Shown in pieces: positions 11,546 to 22,063 of a stretch of DNA of 57,407 nucleotides (positions are counted from its first letter, which is position 1; each line of letters begins with the position of its first letter). Source of the DNA: an uncultured Clostridia bacterium (lineage in GTDB: Bacteria; Bacillota; Clostridia; TANB77; CAG-508); NCBI GenBank assembly GCA_947629765.1, contig CANREW010000004.1:1-57407 (forward strand), in the 5' to 3' direction. The position numbers and the translations under genes are program-made. The notes under the pieces were generated by a model. That model was given only the letters and a program-made list of their open reading frames with translations, made no database searches and was not told the DNA's origin.

Positions 11546-12436
11546 ATGTACGAGGATATACGTTCTAATAAAATAAAAAGTGGGGTTATTATTTCAATAT
11601 TTATAATTGTCATTACGCTTATTTTATATTATATATGTATGGCCTTTGATTTTGGACCAATGTCTATTGTTATTGCTCTTGCATTTTCAATTATAGCATC
11701 TTGGGCAACATACTATAATAGTGATAAAATTATACTTTCGATGTCTAATGCAAGACCTGCAACTCACGAAGAAAATCAAAAGCTTGTAAATATTTTGGAT
11801 GCTCTTGTTATAAGTGCTGGATTAAACGCAACTCCTATGCTATATGTCGTAGAAGATGCTCAGCCTAATGCTTTTGCAACAGGACGTAATCCAGAACATT
11901 CTGTTATTTGTGTCACAACTGGTCTTTTAGAAAAACTTGATTATTATGAGCTTGAAGGAGTTATAGGACACGAACTTGCACATATTGCAAATTATGATAT
12001 AAGACTTTCAGCAGTCGTTACAGTAATGGTAAGTTTTGTTGTAATGCTTTCAGATATTTTCACAAGAGGATTTTTCTATGGAAGAAGAAGTTCAAGTAGC
12101 AAAGATAATGGCGGAAATGGAATTCTTATGCTTATAGGTCTCGTATTTTTAATACTTGCTCCTATATTTGGTAAACTTGCTCAACTTGCACTTTCAAGGC
12201 GTAGAGAATTTTTAGCAGATGCAACTTCTGCAAAATATACAAGAAATCCAGACGGATTAATTTCTGCTCTTCAAAAAATCTCTGCTGACCCTAATGAGCT
12301 TCATTCAGCAAATAAATCTACTGCTCATATGTATATATCAAGTCCTTTTAGGGATGAAAAGATTACTAAATCTAGCATTTGGTCTACTCATCCAAGTCTA
12401 GATGAAAGAGTTCAAGCTCTAAGAAATTTGAAATAA
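11546..12436 (+). CDS. htpX: M48 zinc metalloprotease HtpX
   Basis: PNAFATGR, HELAH, SRRREFLAD, STHP; follows lemA. Confidence 0.92.
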   Translation: MYEDIRSNKIKSGVIISIFIIVITLILYYICMAFDFGPMSIVIALAFSIIASWATYYNSDKIILSMSNARPATHEENQKLVNILDALVISAGLNATPMLYVVEDAQPNAFATGRNPEHSVICVTTGLLEKLDYYELEGVIGHELAHIANYDIRLSAVVTVMVSFVVMLSDIFTRGFFYGRRSSSSKDNGGNGILMLIGLVFLILAPIFGKLAQLALSRRREFLADATSAKYTRNPDGLISALQKISADPNELHSANKSTAHMYISSPFRDEKITKSSIWSTHPSLDERVQALRNLK

Positions 12437-12528
12437 AAATTTTGAAAAAAATTAAATATAAAATTTTTTATGAAGATTAACAATTTTTTTATTGTTAGTC
12501 TTTTTTATTAAAATCATTGTGAATACTA

Positions 12529-13345
12529 CTATATAGATATTTCATAATTCTCATATAGTAATAACTTTATCTCATAAATTTTACGTATTCCTTCTATTGA
12601 TGTTATTCTGTATAGTCTATCTTTTTTAGTATAAGTTATAGAAATGACTGGTATTTCTTTTATAAAAAAGTATTCGCTATCTTTTTTCATAAGTTCTTCT
12701 AATGTCATTGTTTTTTTATAGCAATTAACCATAAACTCTGGATTATAAAAATATTCATATATAATAGTATCATCTCCTACTTTCTTATCTTTATAATCCA
12801 ATCCGGTATTTTTAATATTTTCAGCATTATAGTCAAATACATAATATCCATCTTGCTCATAAATTCTGTGCAAATATTCTTCATTACCTATGTATTTTGT
12901 ATCCATTTGGAATTCAAAATTGTTAATGATTTCCTCTCCAAATAATTCTCTAAGTTTTGCATTGAAAATAGCTTCTTTTATAGCAATATGTGTTTCATTA
13001 CTTGAAAATCCTTGTAAGTCTTGTGCAACAATATTACTAATTAATATATTTTCATCTGGATCATCAACTGAGTTTATAAATCTAATTAAGTCGCTATTAA
13101 ATCTTTCAACATTTGATTCTGTATCTAATGCTGGTGATTGATAAATTATGTCTTTTTCAGAATTTATTACTGATAAATTATTGCCATTTAAACCTACCAT
13201 AATTTGAATCTCTCCGGATATTACTTTCTTCATTTGTTGAGTCTAAACTTGATGCACCATTATCTTTTATAATCATAAATCTAATAATTACAGCTACTAT
13301 AATCATACATAATATGCCTACTATTGATTTGAAATTTTTGCTCAT
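12529..13345 (-). CDS. hypothetical membrane-anchored protein (one CGG +1 site)
   Basis: AGGAGG RBS + ATG 13345 and TM helix; joins ORF 12529..13233 by skipping C of CGG 13214-13216. Confidence 0.7.
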
Positions 13346-13438
13346 TTTTCACCTCCTTTTTTATAGTAGTTGCCCGCAAGTATTATACAACATTTATTTA
13401 CATAAATCAACATATTTTACAATATTTGTAAATTTTTG

Positions 13439-13467
13439 TTGACAATATGAAATTTATATTATACTAT
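13439..13467 (+). promoter_or_regulatory. sigma-A promoter of small hydrophobic ORF
   Basis: TTGACA-17 bp-TACTAT. Confidence 0.65.
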
Positions 13468-13507
13468 TTATTTGCCTTTCTTCCAAAGGTAGAAAGGAGG
13501 TTCTTAT

Positions 13508-13576
13508 ATGAAAGATTTGCTAAAATTGCTAAAACTTATATTGATTTACTTGATTGTAAAACTTTTAAGCGAATAG
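13508..13576 (+). CDS. putative type I toxin peptide (22 aa)
   Basis: AGAAAGGAGG RBS; MKDLLKLLKLILIYLIVKLLSE. Confidence 0.6.
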   Translation: MKDLLKLLKLILIYLIVKLLSE

Positions 13577-13582
13577 CAAATG

Positions 13583-13613
13583 AAAAGACTAGGAATTGCG
13601 CTCCTAGTCTTTT
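13583..13613. terminator. bidirectional hairpin
   Basis: AAAAGACTAGGA-7 nt-TCCTAGTCTTTT. Confidence 0.7.
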
Positions 13614-13655
13614 AAGTTTCTTATCGAAAGATTTACTTTTCAATTGCTTAATGTT

Positions 13656-13684
13656 ATTATAACATCTATTTTATTATATGTCAA
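13656..13684 (-). promoter_or_regulatory. convergent sigma-A promoter (putative antisense RNA)
   Basis: perfect TTGACA-17 bp-TATAAT on minus strand with no adjacent CDS downstream. Confidence 0.65.
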
Positions 13685-13706
13685 ATTTTTCAAAAAATTC
13701 ATTTTT

Positions 13707-14487
13707 CTAAATTCCATATATTCTTCTTGCATTTTCATAAGTTATCTTTGCAATTTCTTCTAAACTTTTTTGTTTCACATCTGCTATTTTTTGTGCAGTG
13801 TATTTTATATTTCTTGAATCATTTCTTTGACCTCTATGTGGCTCTGGGCTCAAATATGGACAATCTGTTTCAATTAATATCCTATCATCTGGCACCATTT
13901 TGATTATTTCGTCTGCATTTTTCGAACTCTTAAAAGTTATAGCTCCTGCAAATGAAATATAAAGTTCCTCCTCTAGACCTGTTTTTACTAAATCCTTGTT
14001 TAATTGACAACAATGTAATATTCCATTTTTATTTGGCTTTACATCATTTCTTAGAATATCTATTGTATCCATAATAGCATCTCTTGAATGTATAACAATT
14101 GGTAACTCTAATTTATTTGCAAGTTTTATTTGTTCAATAAAGCTATATCTTTGTAATTCTTTTCTATCTTTTTCCCAATGATAATCTAGTCCTATCTCCC
14201 CTATTGCAACTACCTTTTTGCTTGCCTTTACTAAATCTTCTATTTGTAAAATACTTTTGTCTATATCTTCTTTTGTGTTTTCTATTTCATTTGGATGAAT
14301 TCCGAACTGCTGCATATATAAAATCATATTTTTTTGCAAGCTCGATTGCTTTTTTAGAATTTTCTATATTATCTCCTACAACTACCGTATTTTCTATTCC
14401 AGCTTCATATATTGCTTTTATTATTTCTTCTCTATCTGAATCGAATTTTTCATCATTATAATGTGAATGTGTGTCAAATAATTTCAT
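13707..14487 (-). CDS. tatD: TatD family DNase (one CGG +1 site)
   Basis: DTHSH, GEIGLDY, ETDCPY; skipping C of CGG 14302-14304 restores AVGIHP; 259 aa. Confidence 0.9.
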
Positions 14488-14503
14488 TTTAATATAACCC
14501 CTT

Positions 14504-14881
14504 CTAGTCATTCCATACTGCAACAACGTTCGCAGTTGCAAAATCTCTACAATGTGAGATACTAATTTCTATACTATCTAAGCCATTTATTTCTTTATTT
14601 ATAAAATGTATTTTAGGCTTTCCATTCTCGTCATTTACTATTTCTGCATCTTTCCACGATATATCAAACTTATTATTAAGTTTATCTGATATTGCTTTAA
14701 AAATTGCCTCTTTTGCTGCAAATCTTGCTGCATAATGTTGATATTTAACCATATTTTTGCTTTCACAATATTTTATTTCATTTTCTGTATATATTTTGTT
14801 TATAAAGTTTGAATTATCTTCATCAATTAATTTCTGTATTCTATCTATTTCTATAATATCTGTGCCACAAGTTATTCTCAT
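14504..14881 (-). CDS. acpS: holo-ACP synthase
   Basis: GTDIIEIDR, AARFAAKEA, ISISH. Confidence 0.93.
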   Translation of the reverse strand: MRITCGTDIIEIDRIQKLIDEDNSNFINKIYTENEIKYCESKNMVKYQHYAARFAAKEAIFKAISDKLNNKFDISWKDAEIVNDENGKPKIHFINKEINGLDSIEISISHCRDFATANVVAVWND

Positions 14882-14895
14882 ATACTTCTATCACC

Positions 14896-16431
14896 TTATA
14901 CATCCAAGTAATAATTTGCATTTTGATCTTCACATAAATGCCAAGCACCTATGAAGTTTATTTTTGTATTATTATCTAAATTATATTCTGGCTCTACTAC
15001 AACTTTTCCATTAAAGTCTATTGAGCCCCAAAGCCCGTCTTTTTTTATTCCTGCATATCCAGCTTCATTTTGCTCTGTTGCATCATCATAAATATAGTCT
15101 ACAACTACATTTCCATCTTTATCTACAAAGCCATATTTTCCATCTTGTTTACTTAAGAATAATTTATTTCCTGTTAAAATATCTGATGCTTGTTTTTCTT
15201 CAAACTTAAAGTTGTAATATTTATAATCTCCGTCTGTATAAATTCTAATATAACCTTTTTCAGCATTTATTTCTGATACAATTCCTGAAAGTTTTTCTTC
15301 AAAATTTGTATCAAGCACTTTTGAAATAAGTTCCTCATTTTCTATATAATCTGCAATTATTATATTTCCAGCACTTATATAGCTTATATCTTCACTTTGT
15401 ATAGGAAGTTTTTCTTCTCCCTCCAAAGAAACTATTCCATATTTATTATTATTTTTTGCGATATAATATTCACTATTCATGTATATAAGTTCATCATATT
15501 TGTAGTCTATTTGCTTTTCTCCTGAGATATTTATAAGACCAGTCTTTCCACCTTTTTTTACTATTAAATATGAATCCTTTATATCTACTATATCATCAAA
15601 GTCTCCTGAAAGTATTACATCACCTTCACTGCTTATTACTACATACTTTCCATCTTGTTTTACTGCATAGAAATTATTTGCATATATACCTTTTATTTCT
15701 TCATATTTACATTCTAATACTACTGATTTGTCAAATCCTATTATTCCATATTTGTTATTTTCATCAACTACAATGTAGCCATTTTTATAATCATCCTCTA
15801 TTTTATCTATCTTTTTATATTTTGGTTCAATTACTATATTTCCTTCATTATCACAAAGTCCATATAATCCATCTTTTTGTATTAATATGCTGTTTTCTAG
15901 ATTTTTTAATGTGTCAATGCTATCATACTCAGGTGACAATAGTTCATTTCCAGCAAAATTTATTAATCCATATTTTCCATCTTTTTCTACCTTTAGGATA
16001 TTTTTTTCATACCATAAGTTTTTATTTTCGTCATAATTTCCAAGTGCTTCTATTTTATCATATCCTGTTATAGTTTCTTTATTTTTACTATTTATTGCTT
16101 TTGTTTTATATGTTCCGTCCGAATAATTTACATCATACGTGCATATGAAAATGTCTTGAACATTATCTGGTATTACTATCATTTCGTCATAACTTGCATC
16201 TATAACTGTTTCACCTTTTGAATTTATAACTCCCCATTTTCCATTATCATAGGCTGTATAATATGTAACTGTTCCGATTTTACCAGTCGCAGTTTCTATA
16301 TTTTTACTATTTAATAAACTTTTTATTCCAATGATAAACATTATTACAACTAGTATAAATACCAATACAGCTATTACTTTTTTTATATTTAGCTTTGGTC
16401 CACTTTCATATCTTCTCGCACGTCTTGACAT
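14896..16431 (-). CDS. WG-repeat membrane-anchored protein
   Basis: repeated GKW/YG.I...G...I...YD units; probable start MSRRARR after GGAGG RBS. Confidence 0.85.
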   Translation of the reverse strand: MSRRARRYESGPKLNIKKVIAVLVFILVVIMFIIGIKSLLNSKNIETATGKIGTVTYYTAYDNGKWGVINSKGETVIDASYDEMIVIPDNVQDIFICTYDVNYSDGTYKTKAINSKNKETITGYDKIEALGNYDENKNLWYEKNILKVEKDGKYGLINFAGNELLSPEYDSIDTLKNLENSILIQKDGLYGLCDNEGNIVIEPKYKKIDKIEDDYKNGYIVVDENNKYGIIGFDKSVVLECKYEEIKGIYANNFYAVKQDGKYVVISSEGDVILSGDFDDIVDIKDSYLIVKKGGKTGLINISGEKQIDYKYDELIYMNSEYYIAKNNNKYGIVSLEGEEKLPIQSEDISYISAGNIIIADYIENEELISKVLDTNFEEKLSGIVSEINAEKGYIRIYTDGDYKYYNFKFEEKQASDILTGNKLFLSKQDGKYGFVDKDGNVVVDYIYDDATEQNEAGYAGIKKDGLWGSIDFNGKVVVEPEYNLDNNTKINFIGAWHLCEDQNANYYLDV

Positions 16432-16663
16432 ATTACAACCTCCATTTATTTTATATTCAATTCTACATTTAAATATATCATATTTTGATTTTGTGTTCAA
16501 TGCTTTTTTGTTAAAATATAAATTTATATTTTTTATTAGTTTGGTATATTGAAGTAATTTTCAAAAAAGTATTGAAATTATTTTAGTTGTATGATAATAT
16601 ATCATTAGTTCAATTTACTGAACCAGTATAAAAATAGTAATAAAAAAGGAGATAAATGTAGTA

Positions 16664-16909
16664 ATGAGAAAAAGTACAGGAATAGTTAGAAAATTGGATG
16701 TGTTAGGTAGAATTGTATTACCTATGGAATTAAGAAATCAACTTAATTTAAGTGAAAAAGATCCTATAGAAATATTTGTTGATGGATCTTCTATCATACT
16801 TAAAAAATATGAACCAAATTGTGTATTATGCGGAAGTAGTAAGGATTTGTTTATGTACAATGACAAATTAATTTGCAAGAAATGTCAAGAGAAACTTACT
16901 AAAATATAA
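16664..16909 (+). CDS. abrB: AbrB/MazE/SpoVT family regulator
   Basis: STGIVRKLDVLGRIVLPMELR; C-terminal Cys4. Confidence 0.88.
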   Translation: MRKSTGIVRKLDVLGRIVLPMELRNQLNLSEKDPIEIFVDGSSIILKKYEPNCVLCGSSKDLFMYNDKLICKKCQEKLTKI

Positions 16910-17040
16910 AAGATAATATAAAGATGGAAGATGTAAAGTATAGAAATTCAATTAAATCACATTGGATTCTATACTTTTTTGCTTTTATGAGGTAAATAAT
17001 TTTGAAAAGGTTTTCCCACATATATATGTATAAAATAAAA

Positions 17041-17061
17041 GAGAGCTGCAAAGCAGCTCTC
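17041..17061 (-). terminator. intrinsic terminator after GC-rich cassette
   Basis: GAGAGCTGC-aaa-GCAGCTCTC followed by T-run on minus strand. Confidence 0.65.
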
Positions 17062-17064
17062 TCC

Positions 17065-17640
17065 CACAAGTGCATTGAAGTGAATTTTAGATTGTACTAA
17101 AAAAACTTCTTGCCTTTTCAGGCTGGATTTTGCTTAATAGCAACTCCCCTTGAGGTCGGACTTAGACGTAGTCTGTCTGATAGATTCCGCCGAGAACGGT
17201 GCCGACAGCAGCAGTGAAAATCAGAGTATACTCTTCACCATTGCAACCAGTTATCAGGTTATATGTTGCAACAGCTGCATCTTTTTTTAGGGTTATTGTA
17301 GTGGAAGGCCACCAACCGCCGTTCTTGTAAACTTCCAGCTTAACATCATTTAAGTGGGCAGTTCCAATAAACTTAAGGTTGGTTCCTTTTGCAGGAGTAA
17401 CCTTAACACTGTATCCATCAAAGAAATTTACATTCAGCTCCCTTAAAGTCTTCACATCCATAGGCCGTGCGTCAGGAGCAGGCAGTGCTTTTGCATTAGC
17501 CTCAACCTGAACTTCAGGGCCTGCCTCCATTGCAAAAACGGGGACCGAAAGGCTCATGCAAAGAAGCAGAGCCAACACCAAAGACATAATACGCTTTTTC
17601 AAAGTAGTTTCCTCCTAAGTAAAATATTTTTGCACTTGTG
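17065..17640. mobile_element. GC-richer inserted cassette bounded by 10-bp inverted repeats
   Basis: CACAAGTGCA 17065-17074 / TGCACTTGTG 17631-17640; composition shift between them. Confidence 0.5.
17162..17602 (-). CDS. secreted hypothetical protein of foreign codon usage
   Basis: TTG start, AGGAGG RBS, signal peptide KKRIMSLVLALLLCMSLSVPVFA. Confidence 0.8.
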   Translation of the reverse strand: MKKRIMSLVLALLLCMSLSVPVFAMEAGPEVQVEANAKALPAPDARPMDVKTLRELNVNFFDGYSVKVTPAKGTNLKFIGTAHLNDVKLEVYKNGGWWPSTTITLKKDAAVATYNLITGCNGEEYTLIFTAAVGTVLGGIYQTDYV

Positions 17641-17828
17641 TTATGCCCCTAGATCCTCCTAAAAGCGAGTTTTATTATACCAAAATTTTCCATTTTTGTC
17701 AATAAATGCCGAAATTTGTCGAATGATAAAAAATTTTAAAAAATTTTAAAAAATTCTGTAACGAAATTGAGAAAAAAGCGTCATATAATCGAAGCTTTTT
17801 GAAAATATATATAAAGGGTGGTGAGTTT

Positions 17829-18329
17829 ATGCAGAATATTGAAGATATTTATAATCAGTATTTTGGGGTCGTTTATAAATATCTTCTCTGCTTAACTCAT
17901 GACGATAATTTTACAGAAGAATTAACACAAGATACCTTTTTTAAGGCTCTCAAATCTCTTAACTCCTTCAAAGGAGATTGCAAAATACAAGTTTGGCTTT
18001 GCCAAATAGCAAAACACTTGTGGTTTGATGAATTAAAAAGAAGGAAAAGATATACAAGTTTAGAAGATGAGGAAGATAATTTAGTCGCATTTGAAAACAC
18101 TGAACTGATGGTAATAGAAAATGAAAATAGGCGAAAATTATTCGAAAATATTAAAAAGCTAGATAAAACTACTCAAGAAGTAATCCTTCTAAGGATAAAT
18201 GGAGATTTAAGTTTCAAAGAAATTGGTGAGATTCTAGGAAAAACTGAAACTTGGGCAAGAGTTACCTTTTACAGAGGGAAACAAAAATTAAAGGAGGTTG
18301 AAGATTATGGAAAAGAAAAAACTATGTAA
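17829..18329 (+). CDS. ECF RNA polymerase sigma factor
   Basis: EELTQDTFFKA, WLCQIAKH, LSFKEIGEILGKTETWARVTFYRGK. Confidence 0.9.
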   Translation: MQNIEDIYNQYFGVVYKYLLCLTHDDNFTEELTQDTFFKALKSLNSFKGDCKIQVWLCQIAKHLWFDELKRRKRYTSLEDEEDNLVAFENTELMVIENENRRKLFENIKKLDKTTQEVILLRINGDLSFKEIGEILGKTETWARVTFYRGKQKLKEVEDYGKEKTM

Positions 18330-19140
18330 TATTATCAAAGATTTACTTCCAAGTTATGTTGAAAACCTTACCAATGATGAAACAAATAATTTTATCGAAT
18401 CTCATATAGCAAATTGCCCTGAATGTAAAGAGTTTCTAGAAAATATGCGAAAAGAAATAGAAGTAAATAGCCCTAAAAAAGAAGAAAAAAACTTCAAATA
18501 CATAAAAAGATATAGCAAAAGATTAAAAATATTTAGAAATATATTACTAATAATTGCATTAGTTTTTATATTAATAGTTGCAAGAAAATTTATAATAATT
18601 ACTGATTTAAGTAATAAAGCTAATAATATTCAAAAATTTACTAATTATCATATACAATTAGAATGTTATATAGATAAAACACTTATAATGGCTGAAAAGT
18701 ATAATAAAGATAAAATATCATTATCTACAAATAAAATATATTATATTGATAATCCAAATAACATTGAAGAATATATTAATTATATATCAGATAACGAAAA
18801 TTTAAAATTAGTAAAAAATATGCAACAGCAAAATTTATCAACTTTTGATAAAGATATAGGTCTAGATATAACAAATTATACATTAGGTTTTTATACACCT
18901 TTTAAAAAATTATATTTTGCACTAACAACTAGTATTCAAAATGTTACTCTTTCTGATAAACAATGTTATTTACTTAAAATTGATAATACCGAAAGATTTA
19001 TAGATGTAGAAACAGGAGCAACTGTTAAATATATAGATAACGACTTAAATCAAGTAATAGATTACCATTATGAGTTTGACACAGTTACAGATGAAGATGT
19101 GGAATTGCCAGATACAACAGGCTATGTTCCTATAGATTAA
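18307..19140 (+). CDS. zf-HC2 anti-sigma factor
   Basis: C..IKDLLPSY..H...CPEC, TM helix, overlaps sigma gene. Confidence 0.85.
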   Translation: MEKKKLCNIIKDLLPSYVENLTNDETNNFIESHIANCPECKEFLENMRKEIEVNSPKKEEKNFKYIKRYSKRLKIFRNILLIIALVFILIVARKFIIITDLSNKANNIQKFTNYHIQLECYIDKTLIMAEKYNKDKISLSTNKIYYIDNPNNIEEYINYISDNENLKLVKNMQQQNLSTFDKDIGLDITNYTLGFYTPFKKLYFALTTSIQNVTLSDKQCYLLKIDNTERFIDVETGATVKYIDNDLNQVIDYHYEFDTVTDEDVELPDTTGYVPID

Positions 19141-19197
19141 AAAAACACATGTTAAATATTTTTATTGAAGAATCAAATATTTATAGAGGAGTAAGAT

Positions 19198-19453
19198 ATG
19201 AAGTTTTCAGACGTAATAAGAAAAAGAATTAAATATTATTTAGACGATAGAAATATGAGTATCTGGTCATTATGCAGATTAACAGGTATTCCTTGTTCTA
19301 CCTTATCAACTTTTATGAGTAGTAAAACAAAATTAATCAAATTAGATACATTACTACTTATTTGTGAACGGTTTTGGCATTACGCTATCAGAATTTTTTA
19401 GTGACCCATCTTTTGATGCCTTACAGCAGCGTAGAGTCAAAATCAATACCTAA
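19198..19453 (+). CDS. XRE-family HTH regulator (one CGG +1 site)
   Basis: skipping C19369 restores ICEGFGITLSEFF ending typical of the family; stop 19453. Confidence 0.8.
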
Positions 19454-19615
19454 GCTTCCTATATTCCAGTAGGAAAAACATATATATATTCAGAAAAGGG
19501 ACAATATAAATTTTTTATATTATCCCTTTTTCTTTTTATACGATAGAATTTCTAGTGATCTTGCATAATACAAAACTACTATTAACTCTATATATTTCTT
19601 TATACAAATATTATT

Positions 19616-20569
19616 CTATTCTTTATTTGTTATTTCTTCTAATTTTAGAAGTGCTTCCCATCTCTCGTCTAATTCTTTTTGGAATTCTTCAATCATCCAC
19701 TCATTACCTGGTTTAAACATATGTTTAAATCTTCTTTGTGGCTTTAAAAATTCTTCGATAGGTAATTTCTTAGCTGGTTTATATGTTATCTTGTATTTGC
19801 CATTTTCTACCTCATATAATGGCCAATAACATGTATCAACTGCTAATTTATTTATCTGCATTAATTCGTCTGTTGGATAGCCCCAACCTCTTGGGCAAGG
19901 TGCAAGTACATTTACAAAAGCTGGACCTTTTGTATATATTGCTTTTTCTGCTTTTTCATATAAATCTTTGAAGTTAGCTGTTGCGATTGTTTGTGCAACA
20001 TAAGGTATATGATGACTTGCCATTACCTCTGTCAAATCTTTTCTAACTTGCATCTTTCCTGGTACTTTTGTTCCTGCTGGTGATGTTGTTGTATCTGCAA
20101 AATGTGGAGTTGCTGAAGAACGTTGTATACCTGTGTTCATGTATGCCCCATTGTCATAGCATACATATACCATATCATGTCCTCTTTCCATAGCTCCTGA
20201 TAAACTTTGTAGACCTATATCATAAGTTCCTCCATCTCCTCCAAATGCTATAAATTTTGTATGTTCATCATCTGATAATTTTCCTTGTTTTTTCAAAGAT
20301 CTATATGCAGCCTCTGCTCCTGATAAAGTTGCTCCTGCACATTCAAATGCTGTATGTATAAAAGAATCTGTCCATGATGTATATGGATACATAAATGTAG
20401 AAACTTCCATACATCCAGTTGCACCACATATTACTGCATGATCATCTTCATGAAGAGCTCTTAAAAACATACGAGCTACTGGTGGAGCACCACATCCTGC
20501 ACACATTCTGTGTCCTGCCATAAATCTTGAAGGCTTATTTGCTACTACTTCTTTTACATTATATGCCAT
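19616..20569 (-). CDS. porB: pyruvate/2-oxoacid:ferredoxin oxidoreductase beta subunit
   Basis: CAGCG, GGDGGTYDIG, DNGAYMNTG TPP motif. Confidence 0.92.
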   Translation of the reverse strand: MAYNVKEVVANKPSRFMAGHRMCAGCGAPPVARMFLRALHEDDHAVICGATGCMEVSTFMYPYTSWTDSFIHTAFECAGATLSGAEAAYRSLKKQGKLSDDEHTKFIAFGGDGGTYDIGLQSLSGAMERGHDMVYVCYDNGAYMNTGIQRSSATPHFADTTTSPAGTKVPGKMQVRKDLTEVMASHHIPYVAQTIATANFKDLYEKAEKAIYTKGPAFVNVLAPCPRGWGYPTDELMQINKLAVDTCYWPLYEVENGKYKITYKPAKKLPIEEFLKPQRRFKHMFKPGNEWMIEEFQKELDERWEALLKLEEITNKE

Positions 20570-20570
20570 A

Positions 20571-21758
20571 TTATTTCTCCCTCCTTACTCCAAAGTATCT
20601 ATATGGATTGCCTACTTCTCCTGTCTTTGCAATTTCCATTAAGTCATTATATACTCCTTCTATTTCGTAAGAAGTTGTATCTCTTCCACCTATACCATAT
20701 ACATAGTTTACAACTGGTACTTGTTCTTTATTTACATACATACTTGATGTAACATCTTCAAACAAAGCTCCTCCAGCTGCATTTAATGAATCTGCTTTAT
20801 CTAAAACTGCAACAGCTTTTAGATGTGATAATGCATTTGCAATTTCTTCTGCTGGGAATGGTCTAAACATACGAACTTTTAGAAGTCCTGCTTTTACACC
20901 TTTTTCTCTTAATGAATCAACTACAAATTTTGCTGTTCCAGCTGTTGAGTTCATACAAACTATGGCAACTTCTGCATCAGACAATTTGTATTCTTCGAAG
21001 AAAGAATATTTTCTTCCTGTCATTTTTTCAAAATCTCTTGATACTTCTTCTATAACCTTTTTTGCATTTCTCATTGCGTTTGCTTGTTGATATTTATGTT
21101 CAAACAAATATGTTTGTACATCTAGTGGTCCTACTGCCATTGGTTCTTTTCTATTTAATAAATAATGTTCTGGCTTATATGTTCCGATAAACTCTTTTAC
21201 TTTTTCGTCTTCTACTAATTCTATATTTTCAATAGAATGTGAAGTTATAAATCCATCTTGACATACCATAAGTGGTAATAGTACATCTTTGTGCTCTGCT
21301 ATTCTGTGAGCCATAAGTAGGTTATCATAAGCCTCTTGGTTATTCTCTGAAAATAGCATTATCCAACCGCTATCCCTTACTCCCATTGCATCTGAATGGT
21401 CATTATGTATGTTTAATGGTCCTGATACTGCACGGTTTACAAGTGACATTACTATTGGTAATCTCAAGCTTGATGCTATGTATATCATCTCCCACATTAA
21501 TGATAATCCGTTTGCAGATGTTGCTGTCATAGCTCTTGAGCCAGCAGCTTCTGCTCCGATACATGCGCTCATCGCACTATGTTCACTTTCTACTGCAACA
21601 AATTCTGTATCAACTGATCCATTACTTACAAATGTTGAAAAATATTGTGGTATCTCAGTAGAAGGTGTTATAGGAAATGCTGCAACTACATCTGGGTTAA
21701 TTTGTTTCATTGCTATTGCTGCTGCTTCATTTCCGCTTAGTCTTTCTCTTATTGACAT
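20571..21758 (-). CDS. porA: pyruvate:ferredoxin oxidoreductase alpha subunit
   Basis: SGNEAAA, AAFPITPST, ESEHSAM; start MSIRER. Confidence 0.92.
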   Translation of the reverse strand: MSIRERLSGNEAAAIAMKQINPDVVAAFPITPSTEIPQYFSTFVSNGSVDTEFVAVESEHSAMSACIGAEAAGSRAMTATSANGLSLMWEMIYIASSLRLPIVMSLVNRAVSGPLNIHNDHSDAMGVRDSGWIMLFSENNQEAYDNLLMAHRIAEHKDVLLPLMVCQDGFITSHSIENIELVEDEKVKEFIGTYKPEHYLLNRKEPMAVGPLDVQTYLFEHKYQQANAMRNAKKVIEEVSRDFEKMTGRKYSFFEEYKLSDAEVAIVCMNSTAGTAKFVVDSLREKGVKAGLLKVRMFRPFPAEEIANALSHLKAVAVLDKADSLNAAGGALFEDVTSSMYVNKEQVPVVNYVYGIGGRDTTSYEIEGVYNDLMEIAKTGEVGNPYRYFGVRREK

Positions 21759-21781
21759 ATATTTTTCCTCCTTTTTAACTT

Positions 21782-22063
21782 TTATTTCATTTCGATTGCG
21801 CCGAATGGACAAACCTTTGCACAAACTCCGCATCCTTTACAATAATCATAGTTGAAATCTTCTCTCTTTTGATCTTTATTTACAGGAATTGCATCATCTG
21901 GACAAACTGGAAAACATAGTCCACATTGCTTACATTTTTCACTTATATATATTGGTTTTACTGATCTCCAGTCTCCTGTTTTAAACTCTAATGAATTTCC
22001 TGCCTCATATATATTTCCAGCAATTGTCATTTCTTCTGCTGGTGTATTTGGGGTTATTTTCAT
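21782..22063 (-). CDS. porD: POR delta subunit (2x4Fe-4S)
   Basis: TGDWRS, two CxxCxxCxxxCP. Confidence 0.9.
   Translation of the reverse strand: MKITPNTPAEEMTIAGNIYEAGNSLEFKTGDWRSVKPIYISEKCKQCGLCFPVCPDDAIPVNKDQKREDFNYDYCKGCGVCAKVCPFGAIEMK

Noticed and set aside
13447-13662. 71-aa plus-strand ORF from the track
   Set aside because: Starts inside the promoter with no RBS; the 22-aa ORF in another frame has the strong RBS.
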